50,372 nt of DNA from an uncultured Methanosarcinales archaeon (GTDB lineage: Archaea > Nanobdellota > Nanobdellia > Woesearchaeales > GW2011-AR9): the NCBI GenBank assembly GCA_964360675.1, contig CAYHXT010000002.1:1-50372 (forward strand), written 5' to 3'. The position numbers were made by a program, and so were the translations under genes. Positions 49,589 to 50,372 of this stretch are shown in pieces (position 1 is the stretch's first letter; each line of letters begins with the position of its first letter). Below the pieces are notes generated by a model, which was not told where the DNA came from, searched no databases, and was given only the letters and a program-made list of their open reading frames with translations.

Positions 49589-49699
49589 ATGAAAGACATA
49601 GATACAGAATTTGAAGAATTTGTGCGCAAGCATCCTAAGCGTCTGACCGAAAATCAGCGCAAGATATGCGAGAAATTGGGGTTGGAGATGCCGAATTAA
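49589..49699 (+). CDS. 36-aa small ORF with strong Shine-Dalgarno sequence
   Basis: TAGGAGGTGG lies 6-8 nt before ATG 49589. It encodes MKDIDTEFEEFVRKHPKRLTENQRKICEKLGLEMPN, below the ORF-track length cutoff. It ends 21 nt before the repeat array. Confidence 0.35.
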   Translation: MKDIDTEFEEFVRKHPKRLTENQRKICEKLGLEMPN

Positions 49700-49720
49700 T
49701 ACGTTTGGTTCGTTCGGTTA

Positions 49721-49965
49721 TATACTAAAAGTGCGAAATATTCGAATAATTATTCACACTTTTGTATATACTAAAGGATTGAAATTTCCGAACACGAAAA
49801 CAGAACCTGATCAGTTTTCGGTTCCGGAATATGATAGTTTTCATATTCCGTGAACAAATTTTCCTCCTTTATATATACAAAGGCACTAATGATAAGTTTG
49901 AATATCCAATGCCTTTGGTATATACCAAAGTGATTATAAAATACGAATATTAATCACTTTGAGTA
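49721..49965. repeat. hairpin-unit array delimited by TATATAC boxes (locus 2), sharing two identical units with locus 1
   Basis: 49721-49771 is identical to 45144-45194 (51/51). 49918-49965 is identical to 45187-45234 (48/48). Both pairs have the same orientation. Between them lie extra hairpins: CGAAAAC/GTTTTCG, GGAATATGA/TCATATTCC and CAAAGGCA/TGCCTTTG. Confidence 0.85.
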
Positions 49966-50030
49966 CAAAACAAATAGAAAGGCTTAAATTCATAAAAGGC
50001 TTTATCCATCATAGCCCATCTTAAAGTCCA

Positions 50031-50264
50031 ATGAAAAATACCTTGTCTGCTTTTGACGACCTGCAAAAAAAACATGAACAATGCTTAGCTAAATATAAGC
50101 TATTGAAAAGCAAGGCCTGGGGAGATAAGAATTTTCTGGAAGAAGTCGGCCGCTTTATCCGCGAATTGGATTCATTTATTCTCAAACATAAGACTTCATT
50201 GGACCATGAGAAGAAAACCTTAGTGCATTCATGGAAAGAGCACTGGCAGGGAATGGTCAAGTAA
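50031..50264 (+). CDS. hypothetical small helical protein
   Basis: 77-aa ORF with K/E/L-rich natural-looking composition. The overlapping minus-strand ORF is Cys/Ser/Phe-rich and looks spurious. Confidence 0.35.
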   Translation: MKNTLSAFDDLQKKHEQCLAKYKLLKSKAWGDKNFLEEVGRFIRELDSFILKHKTSLDHEKKTLVHSWKEHWQGMVK

Positions 50265-50372
50265 ATCTGTGGTTTATGGAGAGCAGTTTATCGCTTTTTA
50301 AGTTAACTAATCTCCCTCGGCTCTGTCCGGAATAACATAATCCACAAACTCCAATAATTTTTAATCCTCTTT

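Noticed and set aside
50021-50260. 79-aa minus-strand ORF almost coextensive with the plus-strand ORF 50031-50264.
   Set aside because: Only one of the two can be real. The minus-strand product is Cys/Ser/Phe-rich and irregular, while the plus-strand product is a plausible K/E/L helical protein. Even so, the plus-strand call is kept only at low confidence.

Overview
The window looks like an AT-rich archaeal chromosome segment, probably from a small-genome DPANN-like lineage. Three observations support an archaeal origin. There is a ribosomal protein L15e gene. Three tRNA genes carry introns, and two of them have an extra intron at a non-canonical position. TTTATAWA boxes sit about 27 nt upstream of several ATG starts or RNA 5' ends, consistent with leaderless archaeal promoters. 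Content in order: (1) tandem radical-SAM paralogs and tRNA-Ile; (2) two secreted proteins built of cadherin/PKD-like repeats and a lipoprotein-type L,D-transpeptidase; (3) a copper-resistance island (two ArsR regulators, small membrane proteins, CopA P1B-ATPase, an HMA-permease-cupredoxin fusion, a CopZ-like chaperone); (4) housekeeping genes (Lrp-like regulator, dCMP deaminase, radical SAM, DEAD-box helicase, CBS protein, cation/H+ antiporter, CorA, L15e); (5) a two-gene unit made of a pilin-like protein (class III signal peptide) and a single 14.1-kb ORF of 4,714 codons; (6) a metallophosphoesterase, a type IB topoisomerase, a secreted Cys-rich lipoprotein, a secreted two-HKD PLD enzyme, a C39-like peptidase and a NurA-like protein; (7) tRNA-Thr and tRNA-Leu, then about 600 bp of hairpin-dense non-coding DNA; (8) a 4.4-kb cassette bounded by 100%-identical short direct repeats. 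The strongest candidate for a novel system is the giant ORF. It reads as a secreted mosaic protein with two kinase-like domains, an HExxH module and eight small beta-barrel-type repeats. Five cysteine-bracketed Gly/Ala-rich loops divide it into modules. All functional calls rest on motifs read by eye; no database search was possible.
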